From: Brachybacterium sp. | Lineage (GTDB): Bacteria; Actinomycetota; Actinomycetes; Actinomycetales; Dermabacteraceae | NCBI GenBank assembly: GCA_032101665.1 | Contig: DAMDHZ010000003.1 | Span: 1-58,417, forward strand | Length of the DNA: 58,417 nucleotides | Direction: 5' to 3' | Shown here: positions 1 through 10,417 of the stretch, in pieces | Numbering within the stretch: position 1 is the stretch's first letter | Layout of the letters: each line of letters starts with the position of its first letter | Notes under the pieces: model-generated | The model's input: only the letters and a program-made list of their open reading frames with translations | Databases searched by the model: none | Told to the model about the DNA's origin: nothing | Program-made: the position numbers and the translations under genes

Positions 1-519
1 GACCTCACCGCGGACTCCCCGCGCCTCCAGGACGTCCTCGATCCCGAGGCCGGCGGCGCGCTCACGATCCACGACACCTTCGACTTCTGGATCGACCCGG
101 ACGCCGAGCGCACGACCGAGGTGACACAGGCGCTGCAGACGGCCAACGAGTCGATCATGCCGACCATCGCGATCGAGGGCCTGCCGCACGCCTTCTGGGT
201 CGACGCGGGCGCCAAGGAGCACGTGCGCTGGGTGCTCGACGCCGACGAGGACGCCGTGATCGACGCGGTCGCGCGCCTCCATGCCCGTCGCGAGTCCGGC
301 CTCGGCGAGGGCACCCGCTACGTCGGCTCCTTCCGGGCCGAGGGCATGACGGTCCCCGTGTGGGACCTGCCCAGCGGCTTCGGCCCCGAGGGCGTCGAGC
401 GCGAGGCGCCCGCGCTGCGCGAGCGGTTCGAGACGGCCCTCGCCGAGACGGCGCCGCTCACCGCCCTCGAGCGGCGGGCGCGCGGCGGCATCGTCGCCCG
501 CCAGGTGACCCTGCGATGA
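1..519 (+). CDS. Conserved actinobacterial protein (DUF5926-like), 5'-truncated by the window
   Basis: Frame open from base 1 to TGA at 517-519. Motifs FDFW, HVRWV, GSFRAEG, PVWDL. Stop overlaps the next ATG (ATGA). Confidence 0.65.
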   Translation, partial: DLTADSPRLQDVLDPEAGGALTIHDTFDFWIDPDAERTTEVTQALQTANESIMPTIAIEGLPHAFWVDAGAKEHVRWVLDADEDAVIDAVARLHARRESGLGEGTRYVGSFRAEGMTVPVWDLPSGFGPEGVEREAPALRERFETALAETAPLTALERRARGGIVARQVTLR

Positions 520-1382
520 CGGCTGCGGCGGAGCGCGTCCCGGGCCAGGCGGACCGTTCCCGGCCCACCCACGTCGCCGTGGTCATCCCCGCCAAGGATG
601 AGGCCGCACGCATCGAGGCGACTGTCCGCGCCGTGGACGCCATCCCCCTCGTCGACCTCGTGGTGGTCGTCGACGACGGCTCGAACGATGCGACCGCCGC
701 GATCGCCAAGGGCGCGGGCGCGGCCGTGGTGCGCCATCGCAGCAACCGCGGCAAGGCCGCCGCGATGGTCACGGGGGCCCAGGTGGTTGCCATGCGCGAG
801 GACACCGAGCGCGCGGACGGTGGCGAGGCCTTCGTCGAGGAGCTCCACGCCGAGCCCCGCGTCGAGGGCCATACCGGGCCGCTGCCCGTGATCGGTGCCG
901 CCGAGGCACCCTCGCGCGCCCTGCTGTTCCTCGACGGCGACATGGAGGACTCCGCGACCGAGGCCGCTCCACTCGTCGACGCGGTCCTGGCCGACGGGGT
1001 CGACATGGCCATCGCTCTGCTGCCCGCCCAGGCGGGAGCCGCGGGACTGGGGACGGTCGTGGGCACCGCCCGACGCGGCATCGAGCGGGCGACCGGCTGG
1101 TCCCCGACCCAGCCGCTGTCCGGCACCCGCTGCGTGACGCGCGAGCTGTGGGAGGCGTGCCAGCCGCTGGCCCCCGGCTGGGGTGTCGAGACGTCGCTCA
1201 CGATCGACGCGCTGACCGGCGGTTTCTGGGTCAAGGAGGTGCCGTGCGATCTCCACCACCGCGCGACCGGGAAGGACGTGCGAGGCCAGCTCCATCGGGC
1301 CGCGCAGCTGCGCGACGTCCTGCGCGCGCTCGCGCGCCGCCGGCACGTGCGGCCGCCCGACGTGCCCGACGACGAGGCCTGA
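516..1382 (+). CDS. GT2-family glycosyltransferase (glucosyl-3-phosphoglycerate synthase-like)
   Basis: VVIPAKDE, VVDDGSND, NRGKAAA, LFLDGD (DxD), QPLSGTR, GWGVE. ATG at 516 is coupled to the upstream stop. Confidence 0.85.
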   Translation: MTAAAERVPGQADRSRPTHVAVVIPAKDEAARIEATVRAVDAIPLVDLVVVVDDGSNDATAAIAKGAGAAVVRHRSNRGKAAAMVTGAQVVAMREDTERADGGEAFVEELHAEPRVEGHTGPLPVIGAAEAPSRALLFLDGDMEDSATEAAPLVDAVLADGVDMAIALLPAQAGAAGLGTVVGTARRGIERATGWSPTQPLSGTRCVTRELWEACQPLAPGWGVETSLTIDALTGGFWVKEVPCDLHHRATGKDVRGQLHRAAQLRDVLRALARRRHVRPPDVPDDEA

Positions 1383-1385
1383 GCC

Positions 1386-3377
1386 TCAGGGGGCGGATGG
1401 CCTCGATGCCGTCTGCCCAGCGGCGAGCGACCGCGGGTCCGGCCACATCGGGATCAGGAGGGCGAGGGTCACGCCGAGCACGGCCGCCACGAGCACGGGG
1501 CCGGTGTCGTTGACGGCATCGCCGAGCCACGCGCCGATCGCGAGCGCGATCCGCACGGCGTACGCCTCCGGGTGCGCCGCGTCGAACGCCGCGAGGCGGC
1601 TCAGACGCGCGCGGCGCGGCATGAGCATCGCGACCGTGAGCACGAGGGCGATCGCCATGAGCACGGCGAGCGGCCAGATCCCGAGCATCATGTCGATGTT
1701 CTGGGCGAGCTTGCGCACGACGACCGAGACCAGCTCGCCCGACAGCAGCTCGTCGATGAAGCGGCCCAGATGCGTGCGCTGCGCGGGCGGCCGCAGCCAG
1801 TCCAGGAACGACACCCCCATCACGGCGGCGACCCCGCCGATCCCGAGCACGAGCACGTGCCAGACCCGCACCCGGATCCCTGACACGAGGAGCGCGAGCA
1901 CGCCGAAGGTCGGCACGGCCACCAGCATCGAGCCGAAGTCGGCGCCCATCGACGGGGCCACGCACACCCCGGCGACGGCGAGACCCCCGACCACCGCGGC
2001 GAGCACCCGCCCCCGCCGCGAGGACAGGCGCGAGAACAGGGCCAGCAGCGCGAGCAGGGCACCCGCGAGGACCATGCCGAACAGGTGGTTGGACAGCCCG
2101 TAGAACCGTCCCCCGGAGATCGCCTGGGCGCCGAGGGGGGAGCCGAGCTGGAGCCGCGATCCGGTGGCCGACTCGAGCAGGACGATGCCCGCCACGAGGG
2201 CGCCCGCCACTCCGGGCGGGCCCAGCCGCGACCGGCGCCACGGTCCCGCGAGCGCGACCACGGCCAGCAGGATCGAACCGGCCCACACCACGCCGGTCAG
2301 CGCGAGCACGGGATGGGAGGCCCGCCACCACGGCACGAGCGCGGCGCACAGGGCGACGGGCAGGCACAGCGGTGCGATCGTGAGCGCGCCGCGGGCCAGG
2401 GCGGCCGCATGGGGGCGGCGCGCGAGGGGCGGGACGAGCAGCACCACGAGCCCCGCGACGCCGGGCAGGACCCAGGTGCCCAGCGCCGGGACCGTCGCGC
2501 GGTCCACGAGGCCCGCGGCCTCGGTGCGATCGAGGGCGAGCCGCTGCGGGTCGTCGACCCGCTGGCCCTGCAGCGGCTGGCCCGGCAGCGTGGCGGGCAC
2601 CGGCACGTCGTGGCCGGTCAGGATCGTAGGCAGCAGGTCGGTCAGCACGACGACGCCGCTCTGATGGGTCGCCCCGCTCGTGAGGGCGGTGCCCGGATAC
2701 CCGGAGTCCGTCACCACCTGCAGCTGAGCGCTCCCGGCGGGCGCCGAGGCGGCCGCCGCGGTCGTCGCCACGTCGACGGCCCCGACCGAGGCCAGCAGGG
2801 TGCGGGGGAGGGAGGCGGCGTCGCAGCCGCCCTCGACCTCGAGCACCCGGCCGACCTCGGCGTCGAGAGCGGCGAGCGCCTCCGTGCGGGCCCCCGCGTC
2901 GCCGCGCGGCACCGAGGGCAGCTCGACCACGAGCAGCCCGGCATCCGCGGGGGCCGCGTCGAGGCCGCGGGCGCCCTCGACCGTCGCGGCGCCCCCCGGG
3001 ACGCGGGCCAGGAGGTCCACGGGCGGGTCCGGGATCCCGGCGGAGCGCTTGGCCTCGGCGGCGAGGCCGCGATAGCCGGTGTGCAGGGTCTCGGTGCCCT
3101 GGGTGCGCGTGGACAGGGGCGTGGTCGAGCTCGTGTTCATGGCGGCCACGCCCGAGCGGTCCGCGAGGCAGTGGAGATTCGGGGTGGTGGCGGAGTCCAC
3201 GTCCTCCCAGGTGAGGCCCGAGGTCACGAGCACGAGGCGCACGGGGCCCGGCGTCGGGTCCTCGGCGTGCGCGGCTCCGGAGGGCAGCAGCACGATCGCG
3301 GCGGCGAGGAGGACGAGCAGGGCGGCCCGCAGCGCGGAGGGCAGGGCGGGCGTGGGGACGGCATGCGACGTGTGCAC
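1386..3377 (-). CDS. Large multi-pass membrane protein with N-terminal exported domain, function unknown
   Basis: Signal-like LLVLLAAAIVLLPSGAAHA, extracytoplasmic domain, then about 10-12 TM segments with GGRFYGLSN, GADFG, THLGRF and NDTG motifs. Start uncertain (GTG 3377). Confidence 0.7.
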   Translation of the reverse strand: MHTSHAVPTPALPSALRAALLVLLAAAIVLLPSGAAHAEDPTPGPVRLVLVTSGLTWEDVDSATTPNLHCLADRSGVAAMNTSSTTPLSTRTQGTETLHTGYRGLAAEAKRSAGIPDPPVDLLARVPGGAATVEGARGLDAAPADAGLLVVELPSVPRGDAGARTEALAALDAEVGRVLEVEGGCDAASLPRTLLASVGAVDVATTAAAASAPAGSAQLQVVTDSGYPGTALTSGATHQSGVVVLTDLLPTILTGHDVPVPATLPGQPLQGQRVDDPQRLALDRTEAAGLVDRATVPALGTWVLPGVAGLVVLLVPPLARRPHAAALARGALTIAPLCLPVALCAALVPWWRASHPVLALTGVVWAGSILLAVVALAGPWRRSRLGPPGVAGALVAGIVLLESATGSRLQLGSPLGAQAISGGRFYGLSNHLFGMVLAGALLALLALFSRLSSRRGRVLAAVVGGLAVAGVCVAPSMGADFGSMLVAVPTFGVLALLVSGIRVRVWHVLVLGIGGVAAVMGVSFLDWLRPPAQRTHLGRFIDELLSGELVSVVVRKLAQNIDMMLGIWPLAVLMAIALVLTVAMLMPRRARLSRLAAFDAAHPEAYAVRIALAIGAWLGDAVNDTGPVLVAAVLGVTLALLIPMWPDPRSLAAGQTASRPSAP

Positions 3378-3608
3378 GCGACCCGGGCGACGGAGGGGGG
3401 CGGGGGCGGCTGGCACGCCCCGATCGTACGAGGTACGGCCGGGGAGGCACCCGGCTGCGCACCGGATCTCCACGACGCGCCGACGGGATCGCTCGCCGAT
3501 CGGTTGCGTGAGCCACCTCCTTGACGCGCCCGAGGGAACGGCACCACTGTGGCGCCTGTGGAGCGAGGCACGAGGGCCGCGGGAGACGAGCAGGGGGCGG
3601 CGATCTCC

Positions 3609-4124
3609 ATGACCGCGGACGAGAGCGGATCGATCCGCCTCGTGCCGCTCGGGGCCTCCCACGCCTCCGCCCTCCTCGCGGGGCAGGACGAGGCCCTCGT
3701 GCGCGAGGTGTTCGGCCGCCGCTGGGACGCGGGGTCACTCGGCGCCTTCTGCGCCCGGGTCTCGCGCTGGCGGCCGGACGGCCCGCTCCGGGAGCTCGTG
3801 GCGCTCGACGCCGAGGGCGCACCGGTCGGCGGCGGGGGAGTGCACCTGCTCGGCGCCGGCCTCGACCGCGGGCAGGCCGACCTCACGTACTGGGTGCTCG
3901 CCCCGCATCGCGGCCGTGGCATCGGGCCGGTGATCGCCGCCCAGCTCCTCGCGCTCGCGCGCGAGGACGCCCGCGTGACGGAGGCGGTGCTGCGCATCGC
4001 GCCGGGCAACGCCGCCTCGGCCGCCGTCGCGCGCCGCCTCGGCGCCGCGCCCACCGGACGCCTCGAGCGCCACCCCGCCGACGCCTCCCGCCGGGTCGAG
4101 CGCTGGGACATCGCGGTGCGGTGA
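3609..4124 (+). CDS. GNAT acetyltransferase (RimJ/RimL-like)
   Basis: LTYWVLAPHRGRGIG acetyl-CoA motif and NAASAAVARRLG. Confidence 0.8.
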   Translation: MTADESGSIRLVPLGASHASALLAGQDEALVREVFGRRWDAGSLGAFCARVSRWRPDGPLRELVALDAEGAPVGGGGVHLLGAGLDRGQADLTYWVLAPHRGRGIGPVIAAQLLALAREDARVTEAVLRIAPGNAASAAVARRLGAAPTGRLERHPADASRRVERWDIAVR

Positions 4125-4190
4125 GGCGAGGAGGACGGCCCCGCTGAACGCCCCCGACCTCGCGGCACGGCCCCCGATACGCTGACCGCC

Positions 4191-5171
4191 ATGCGGTACG
4201 GATTCCTCGGCCCCGAGACGACGTTCACCCACCAGGCCCTCCTGCAGGCTCTTGCCGAGATGCCGGAGCCGGCCGCGGACGACGCCCCCGTGCTGCAGCC
4301 CTTCAGCTCTGTCGCGACCGCCACCACCGCCCTCGTCGAGGGAGAGATCGACGCCCTCATGGCGCCCATCGAGAACTCGGTCGAGGGCGGCGTCTCCGGC
4401 ACCCTCGACATCCTCGCCGCGACCAAGCGCATCACGATCGTCGCCGAGCAGGTGGTCCCCGTGACCTTCGTGCTCGCCGCGCGACCCGGCACGACGCTCG
4501 CCGACGTCCGTGCCGTCGCCTCCCACACCCATGCCCAGGCGCAGGTGCAGGGCTGGATCCGCGCGAACCTGTCCGACGCGGCCGTCGAGCCCGCCTCCTC
4601 GACGGCCGCCGCCGCCCGGGAGCTCGCGCTCGCCGACGTCGACGATGCGACCGCCGCCTCGCGCGCTGCGATCTGCTCGCCGCTCGCCGCCGAGCACTAC
4701 GGCCTCGACGTCCTCGCCGCGGGGATCGAGGACAACCGGGGCGCGCAGACCCGCTTCGTGCTCATCACGCGCAACCACCGGATCCCGGCTCGCACGGGGG
4801 CCGACAAGACCACGCTCGTCCTCCACCTCGCCCACAACCGCGCGGGCGCCCTGCTCGAGGCGCTCGAGCTGTTCAACGCCAACGGCGTCAACCTCTCGCG
4901 CATCGAGTCCCGGCCCATCGGGGACGCCCTGGGCCGGTACTCGTTCTCGATCGACGTCGAGGGGCACCTCGAGGACCGGCGCGTCGCCAACGCGCTGCGC
5001 GCCCTGCACCGCGTGTGCCCCGTGGTGCTGTTCCTCGGGTCCTATCCGCGCGCCGACGGGGTCCGTCCCGACGTCTCCTCGGTCACCGCGGACACCGCCT
5101 ACGACGAGGCCCATGCCTGGGTCGACGCGCTCAGCGAGATGCTCACCCCCGGCGACGACCCGCAGATCTGA
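4191..5171 (+). CDS. pheA: Prephenate dehydratase
   Basis: FLGPETTF, PIENSVEG, SHTHAQAQ, TRF motif, and ACT domain with NLSRIESRP. Confidence 0.95.
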   Translation: MRYGFLGPETTFTHQALLQALAEMPEPAADDAPVLQPFSSVATATTALVEGEIDALMAPIENSVEGGVSGTLDILAATKRITIVAEQVVPVTFVLAARPGTTLADVRAVASHTHAQAQVQGWIRANLSDAAVEPASSTAAAARELALADVDDATAASRAAICSPLAAEHYGLDVLAAGIEDNRGAQTRFVLITRNHRIPARTGADKTTLVLHLAHNRAGALLEALELFNANGVNLSRIESRPIGDALGRYSFSIDVEGHLEDRRVANALRALHRVCPVVLFLGSYPRADGVRPDVSSVTADTAYDEAHAWVDALSEMLTPGDDPQI

Positions 5172-5174
5172 GGG

Positions 5175-6299
5175 TCAGGCGCCCGCAGGCACCCGCATCC
5201 GCAGGGCTCCGGGGTCGACCTCGGCGCGCAGCCGCGTCGTCTCGTGCTCGACGTCCCCGTCGAGCTGGACCGGCTGGGGCCGGGAGGCGACGAGATCGAC
5301 CCTCGAGACCAAGAAGCGCTGCATCGACGAGAGCTTCGGCCGCGCGGGCCGCATCCGCGGCGCGACGAGCTGGGTGAGGATCTGGCTGAGCCCCGCCGCG
5401 GAGCGCCAGCTCATCGCGAGCACCTCGAGGTGGCCGTTGTCGATCGTCGCGTCGGGCATGAGGACGATCCCGGCCGGCAGCTTGCCGACGTTGCCGATCA
5501 GCACCGTGCGCGCCTGGACCGTGCGGTGCACCCCGCCGGGCAGCGTGATCTCGACGTTGTGCGAGCGCCCGATGATCTTGCCCGCCCCCGCGAGCACGTA
5601 CGCGATCCAGCCGATGCGCCGTTTCATGGTGGGGCTGGTCGCGCCGATCACCTCGGCGTCGGCGCCGAAGCCGGCCATCACGAGGAAGATCTGACGGGAC
5701 GCGACCTCGATGTCCTGGGGCGTCGAGCCGACGCGCAGCCAGCCCACGTCGATCCGCTTGTCGCGGCCGAGCACGGCCACCTTGAGGGCGGCCTCGATGT
5801 CGTCGAGAGGGATCTCGAGGTTGCGGGCCAGCAGGTTCCCCGTGCCCACCGGCAGGATCGCCATCCGGGTCGGGGAGTCGGCGAGCGCCGCCGCGACCAT
5901 GCGCACGGTTCCGTCGCCCCCCGCCGCGATCACGAGGTCGGCCCCGTCGGCCACGGCCTGGGTGGCCTGCCCGGAGCCGGGGTCCTCCGTCGTCGTCTCG
6001 TAGAAGCGTGCCTGGGTGCCCTCGTACCGCTCGATCACGGAGTGGACGTGGTGGCGGAACCCCTCGGGATCGGCGTGCTTGGACGGGTTCATCACCACGG
6101 CGATGTGGGGAACCGCTCGCACGCCTTCGGGGCGCTCGTCGTCCTCGGGGCCGCCGGAGGGAGCGACGGCGAGGCGCCGTTCGAGGTCCGCGACCGCGCG
6201 GCGCTCGGCCGCGCGCCCCCGCAGCACCACGATGCCCAGGACGAGCGCGACGACGGCGATCACGAGGGCGCACAGGGCGAGCACGAGGGCGGGGTCCAT
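5175..6299 (-). CDS. Diacylglycerol/lipid kinase family protein with N-terminal TM anchor
   Basis: [32 protein letters not shown]. Confidence 0.9.
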   Translation of the reverse strand: MDPALVLALCALVIAVVALVLGIVVLRGRAAERRAVADLERRLAVAPSGGPEDDERPEGVRAVPHIAVVMNPSKHADPEGFRHHVHSVIERYEGTQARFYETTTEDPGSGQATQAVADGADLVIAAGGDGTVRMVAAALADSPTRMAILPVGTGNLLARNLEIPLDDIEAALKVAVLGRDKRIDVGWLRVGSTPQDIEVASRQIFLVMAGFGADAEVIGATSPTMKRRIGWIAYVLAGAGKIIGRSHNVEITLPGGVHRTVQARTVLIGNVGKLPAGIVLMPDATIDNGHLEVLAMSWRSAAGLSQILTQLVAPRMRPARPKLSSMQRFLVSRVDLVASRPQPVQLDGDVEHETTRLRAEVDPGALRMRVPAGA

Positions 6300-6367
6300 G
6301 CCGCGATCGTACCGAGCACCCCGACAGCCAGGTTCGCGGGCGAACGGTTGGTCGGTACCCTGGGGGG

Positions 6368-7633
6368 ATGATCGATCTGCGGCTCCTGCGCGAGAACCCC
6401 GACGTCGTCCGCGACGCCCAGCGAGCGCGGCGGCGCGACCCGGCCACCGTCGATGCGGTGCTCGAGGCCGACGCCCGCTGGCGCGAGTCGACGGCCGCGT
6501 TCGAGTCCGCCCGCGCCGAGCAGAAGGCCCAGGGCAAGAAGGTCGCGCGCGCCACGGGCGAGGAGAAGCAGGAGCTGCTCGCGCAGGTCAAGCAGCTCGC
6601 CCTCGACGTCAGGCGCCTCGAGTCCGAGGCCGCGACCGACGCGGCCACGCGAGACGCGGCGCTGCGCGCGATCCCCAACCTCGCCGAGGGGGCACCCGAG
6701 GGTCTCGAGGAGGACTTCGAGGTCCGCGAGCTCGTCGGCGACGTCCCCTCGTTCGACTTCGACGTCAAGGACCATCTCGAGCTGGCCGAGGGCCTGCGCG
6801 CGATCGACATGGCGCGCGGGGCGAAGGTCTCGGGCGCCCGCTTCTACTTCCTCACGGGCGTCGGCGCCCAGCTCGAGCTCGCGATCCTCAACGCGGCGAT
6901 CGACCAGGCCACGCAGGCGGGCTTCACCCCGATGATCACGCCGACCCTCGTGCTGCCCGAGTCGATGGACGGCACCGGGTACCTGGGTGAGCACGCCGAC
7001 GAGGTCTACCACCTCGACAAGGGCGACGACCTCTACCTCGTGGGCACGAGCGAGGTGGCGCTGGCGAGCTATCACCGCGACGAGATCCTCGACCTGTCCG
7101 ACGGACCCCTCCGGTACGCGGGCTGGTCGGCGTGCTACCGCCGCGAGGCCGGCAGCTACGGCAAGGACACCCGCGGCATCATCCGCGTGCACCAGTTCCA
7201 CAAGGTCGAGATGTTCTCGTTCTGCCGCATCGAGGACTCCTACGCCGAGCACGAGCGGCTGCTCGATTTCGAGCGCCAGATGATGGCGCGGATCGACGTC
7301 CCCTACCGGATCATCGACACCGCCGCGGGCGACCTCGGCACGAGCGCCGCCCGCAAGTTCGACTGCGAGGCATGGCTGCCCAGCCAGGACACCTATCGAG
7401 AGCTCACGTCGACCTCGAACACGACGCAGTTCCAGGCGCGCCGCCTGAACATCCGCGAGCGCGTCGACGGCGCCCTGCGTCCCGTGGCCACTCTCAACGG
7501 CACCCTCGGCACGACGCGCTTCATCGTCGCGATCCTCGAGAACCACCAGCTCCCCGACGGCTCGGTCGTCGTGCCCGAGGGCCTGCGCCCGTATCTCGGC
7601 GGCCGCGAGGTCTTCGAGCCCGTCGGCCGATGA
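6368..7633 (+). CDS. serS: Serine--tRNA ligase
   Basis: [55 protein letters not shown]. Confidence 0.97.
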   Translation: MIDLRLLRENPDVVRDAQRARRRDPATVDAVLEADARWRESTAAFESARAEQKAQGKKVARATGEEKQELLAQVKQLALDVRRLESEAATDAATRDAALRAIPNLAEGAPEGLEEDFEVRELVGDVPSFDFDVKDHLELAEGLRAIDMARGAKVSGARFYFLTGVGAQLELAILNAAIDQATQAGFTPMITPTLVLPESMDGTGYLGEHADEVYHLDKGDDLYLVGTSEVALASYHRDEILDLSDGPLRYAGWSACYRREAGSYGKDTRGIIRVHQFHKVEMFSFCRIEDSYAEHERLLDFERQMMARIDVPYRIIDTAAGDLGTSAARKFDCEAWLPSQDTYRELTSTSNTTQFQARRLNIRERVDGALRPVATLNGTLGTTRFIVAILENHQLPDGSVVVPEGLRPYLGGREVFEPVGR

Positions 7634-7800
7634 CGGCCCGCGAGGAGGACGCGGCCACGCGCGCGCCCGTCCACGACCCGGCGGCCGCGGAGACGCCCGA
7701 TCGGACCGGTCGCGGCAGGAGCCGGGTCCGCTCCGCGCTCTCACGTCTGAGCAAGCTTCCGTTCAGGTCCGGGTCACGTCGAGCGGGCACCATGGAGCCC

Positions 7801-8667
7801 ATGAGCACCACGACTGCCGAGACCGACGACGCCGAGGTCCTCGAGGCGATCGCCGAACGCATCGCACCGCTGGCCGACCGCGAGCTGCTGATCGGCCTCG
7901 ACGTCGATGGCACCCTCGTCGACCACCACGGCATGATGTCCCCGCGCATCTACGCGGCCCTGCGCCGGGCCGCCGAGCGCCACCACGTGGTCATCGCGAC
8001 CGGCCGTTCGATCGGCGCGACCCTGCCCATCGTGCGCGCCGCGGGCGTGCGCCACGGCTACGCCGTGTGCTCCAACGGCGGTGTCACGCTGAGGATCGAC
8101 CCGGACGCCCCCGATGGCTTCCGCGTCGATCAGGTGCGCTCGTTCACGCCCGGCCACGCCCTCGCGGCGCTCCGCCGGGCGGCGCCGAACGCGGGGTTCG
8201 CGGTCGAGTCGCCGAGCGGGGCCTTCTACTCGACGGGCGAGTTCCAGGACAGCAGCTTCGGCGTGCGTGCCATCCCCACCGCCTTCGAGGACCTCATCGA
8301 GCTCGACGCGGTGCGCGTGGTGGTCCATGACCCCGACCTGACCGCCGCCGAGTTCGGTGAGATCGTGCGCAGCGCCGGCGTGCACGGCGTCGAGTACGCG
8401 ATCGGCACCACGGCCTGGCTCGACATGGCGGCCCCCGGTGTCTCGAAGGCGTCCGGCCTCGAGGTGATCCGCGAGCGCCTGGGCCTGCCCGAGGGTGACT
8501 CGGTGGCCGTGGGCGACGGCTTCAATGACACCGAGATGCTGCGTTGGGCCGGCGTCGGCGTCGCGATGGGGCAGGCGCTCGACGGCGTGGTCGACGCCGC
8601 GGACCTGCGCACCTCGACGATCTGGGACGACGGCTCCGCGCTCGTGCTCGAGGCGCTGACGGCCTGA
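7801..8667 (+). CDS. Cof-type HAD-IIB hydrolase
   Basis: LDVDGTL, IATGR, SNGG, VSKA, AVGDGFND. Alternative ATG at 7792. Confidence 0.9.
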   Translation: MSTTTAETDDAEVLEAIAERIAPLADRELLIGLDVDGTLVDHHGMMSPRIYAALRRAAERHHVVIATGRSIGATLPIVRAAGVRHGYAVCSNGGVTLRIDPDAPDGFRVDQVRSFTPGHALAALRRAAPNAGFAVESPSGAFYSTGEFQDSSFGVRAIPTAFEDLIELDAVRVVVHDPDLTAAEFGEIVRSAGVHGVEYAIGTTAWLDMAAPGVSKASGLEVIRERLGLPEGDSVAVGDGFNDTEMLRWAGVGVAMGQALDGVVDAADLRTSTIWDDGSALVLEALTA

Positions 8668-8710
8668 GCTCGCGCCCCGTGCGGCCCGGGCCTGCGCGTA
8701 CGGTGTCCGC

Positions 8711-9403
8711 ATGCCCGCCGACGCCGCCCACACCCGCCCGTCGTCCCGCCCCGCCGCGGCGGTGAGCTGGGAGGACGTCGTCGCGCGGGCCCGTGCGCTC
8801 GCCGCGGCGGGCCGCGCCGTGCTCGGGATCGCCGGTCCGCCCGGCGCGGGCAAGACCACGCTCGCCTCCTCCCTCGTCGCGGCCCTGCGCCGGGCCGCTC
8901 CCGGCTCGGCCGCCCACGTGCCGATGGACGGCCTCCATCTCGCCGACGTCGAGCTGGCCCGGCTGGGCCGGCTCGACCGCAAGGGCGCCCCGGACACCTT
9001 CGACGCCGACGGCTACCGTGCCCTGCTCGCCCGGCTGGTCGCGCCACGAGCCGGTGAGACGGTCTACGCGCCCGCCTTCGACCGGGAGCTCGAACAGCCC
9101 GTGGCGGGCTCGATCCCCGTGGACGGGGCCGTGCGCCTCGTCGTGAGCGAGGGCAACTACCTGCTGCTGCCGGGGACGAGCTGGCGGGCGGCACGGGCAC
9201 TGTGCACCGAGGTGTGGTGGGTCGACGCGGGCCCCGACGAGCGGACCCGACGCCTCGTGGCCCGGCACGGGCGGTTCGGGAAGTCGGCCGCGGCGGCCGA
9301 GGCGTGGGTGCGCGACGTCGACGGGGCGAATGCGCGACTCATCGAGACCACGCGTGACGAGGCCGATCTGATCGTGCCGGGCGACCTCGAGCTGCCGTCC
9401 TGA
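8711..9403 (+). CDS. P-loop nucleoside/sugar kinase (YggC/FrcK-like)
   Basis: GPPGAGKTT, PMDG, RKGAPDTFD, EGNYLL. Confidence 0.85.
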   Translation: MPADAAHTRPSSRPAAAVSWEDVVARARALAAAGRAVLGIAGPPGAGKTTLASSLVAALRRAAPGSAAHVPMDGLHLADVELARLGRLDRKGAPDTFDADGYRALLARLVAPRAGETVYAPAFDRELEQPVAGSIPVDGAVRLVVSEGNYLLLPGTSWRAARALCTEVWWVDAGPDERTRRLVARHGRFGKSAAAAEAWVRDVDGANARLIETTRDEADLIVPGDLELPS

Positions 9404-9418
9404 CGGCGGGCGGTCCGG

Positions 9419-10354
9419 TCAGGAGGCCACGTCGAGCACGACCTTGCCGAGGTGTCCGCCCTGGCGCAGGATCTCGTGGGCCTCGGCGGCGCGCTCGATG
9501 GGGACGTGCGCCTGGACGGGCACGCGGATCGTGCCGTCGGCGATCCACGGCCAGACGAGCTCGCGGGTGAGCGCGAGGATGCGCTGCTTGTCCGCGGGAG
9601 CTCGGGAGCGCAGGGTGGTGCCGATCACGCGGGCGCGCCGCGCCATGAGCGCGGAGACGTCGAGCTCACCGGTCACCCCGCCGAGAGTGCCGATGATGAC
9701 GAGCCGGCCGTTCTCGCGCAGCATCGCGACGTTGTCGTTCAGCGCCGGGCCACCCACGACATCGAGAATCACGTCGACGCCGCCCGCCTCGGCGACAGCG
9801 GCCGGCACATCAGCGGTGTGCCGGTTCAGGGCCAGGTCGGCGCCCAGGTCACGCGCCGTGGCCGTGGCCTGATCGGAGCCGACCGTCGTGAGCACGCGGG
9901 CACCGAGCGCGTGCGCGAGCTGGATCGCGACGGTCCCGATGCCACCCGTGCCGCCGATCACGAGCACGGTCTCCCCGCGGGCGAGCTGGGCCTCGACCAC
10001 GAGGTTCGAGACCACGGTCGCCGCGACCTCGATGATCGCGGCGGCGTCGGCCAGCGAGACCCCCTCGGGGGCGGGCAGCACCTGGCCCTCGGGGACGGCC
10101 ACCACCTCGGCGTAGCCGCCGCCCGCGAGGAGCGCCACGACCTCCTCGCCCGTGTCCCGGCGGCGCCCCGAGACCTCCAGGCCGGGCAGCTCGGAGGCGC
10201 CGGGCGGCGGCGGGTAGTGCCCGGCGACCTGGGAGAGGTCGGCGCGATTGACACCCGCCGCGACGACGTCCACGAGGATCTCCCCGGGCGTCGGGGTCGG
10301 CTCCGGGAGGTCGGTGAGGGTGAGGCGGCGATCGGTGATGGCAAGAGCACGCAT
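9419..10354 (-). CDS. NAD(P)H-quinone oxidoreductase (PIG3/zeta-crystallin family)
   Basis: AAGVNRAD, GHYPPPPG, PGLEVSG, GGTGGIG, GTTLRSR, HLGKVVL. Confidence 0.9.
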   Translation of the reverse strand: MRALAITDRRLTLTDLPEPTPTPGEILVDVVAAGVNRADLSQVAGHYPPPPGASELPGLEVSGRRRDTGEEVVALLAGGGYAEVVAVPEGQVLPAPEGVSLADAAAIIEVAATVVSNLVVEAQLARGETVLVIGGTGGIGTVAIQLAHALGARVLTTVGSDQATATARDLGADLALNRHTADVPAAVAEAGGVDVILDVVGGPALNDNVAMLRENGRLVIIGTLGGVTGELDVSALMARRARVIGTTLRSRAPADKQRILALTRELVWPWIADGTIRVPVQAHVPIERAAEAHEILRQGGHLGKVVLDVAS

Positions 10355-10417
10355 GGATCTCACGGTACGCGGCGGTGCTGGGCATCGGCCTGGGCGGGCA
10401 CCGCTGCGGCCGTCGGG

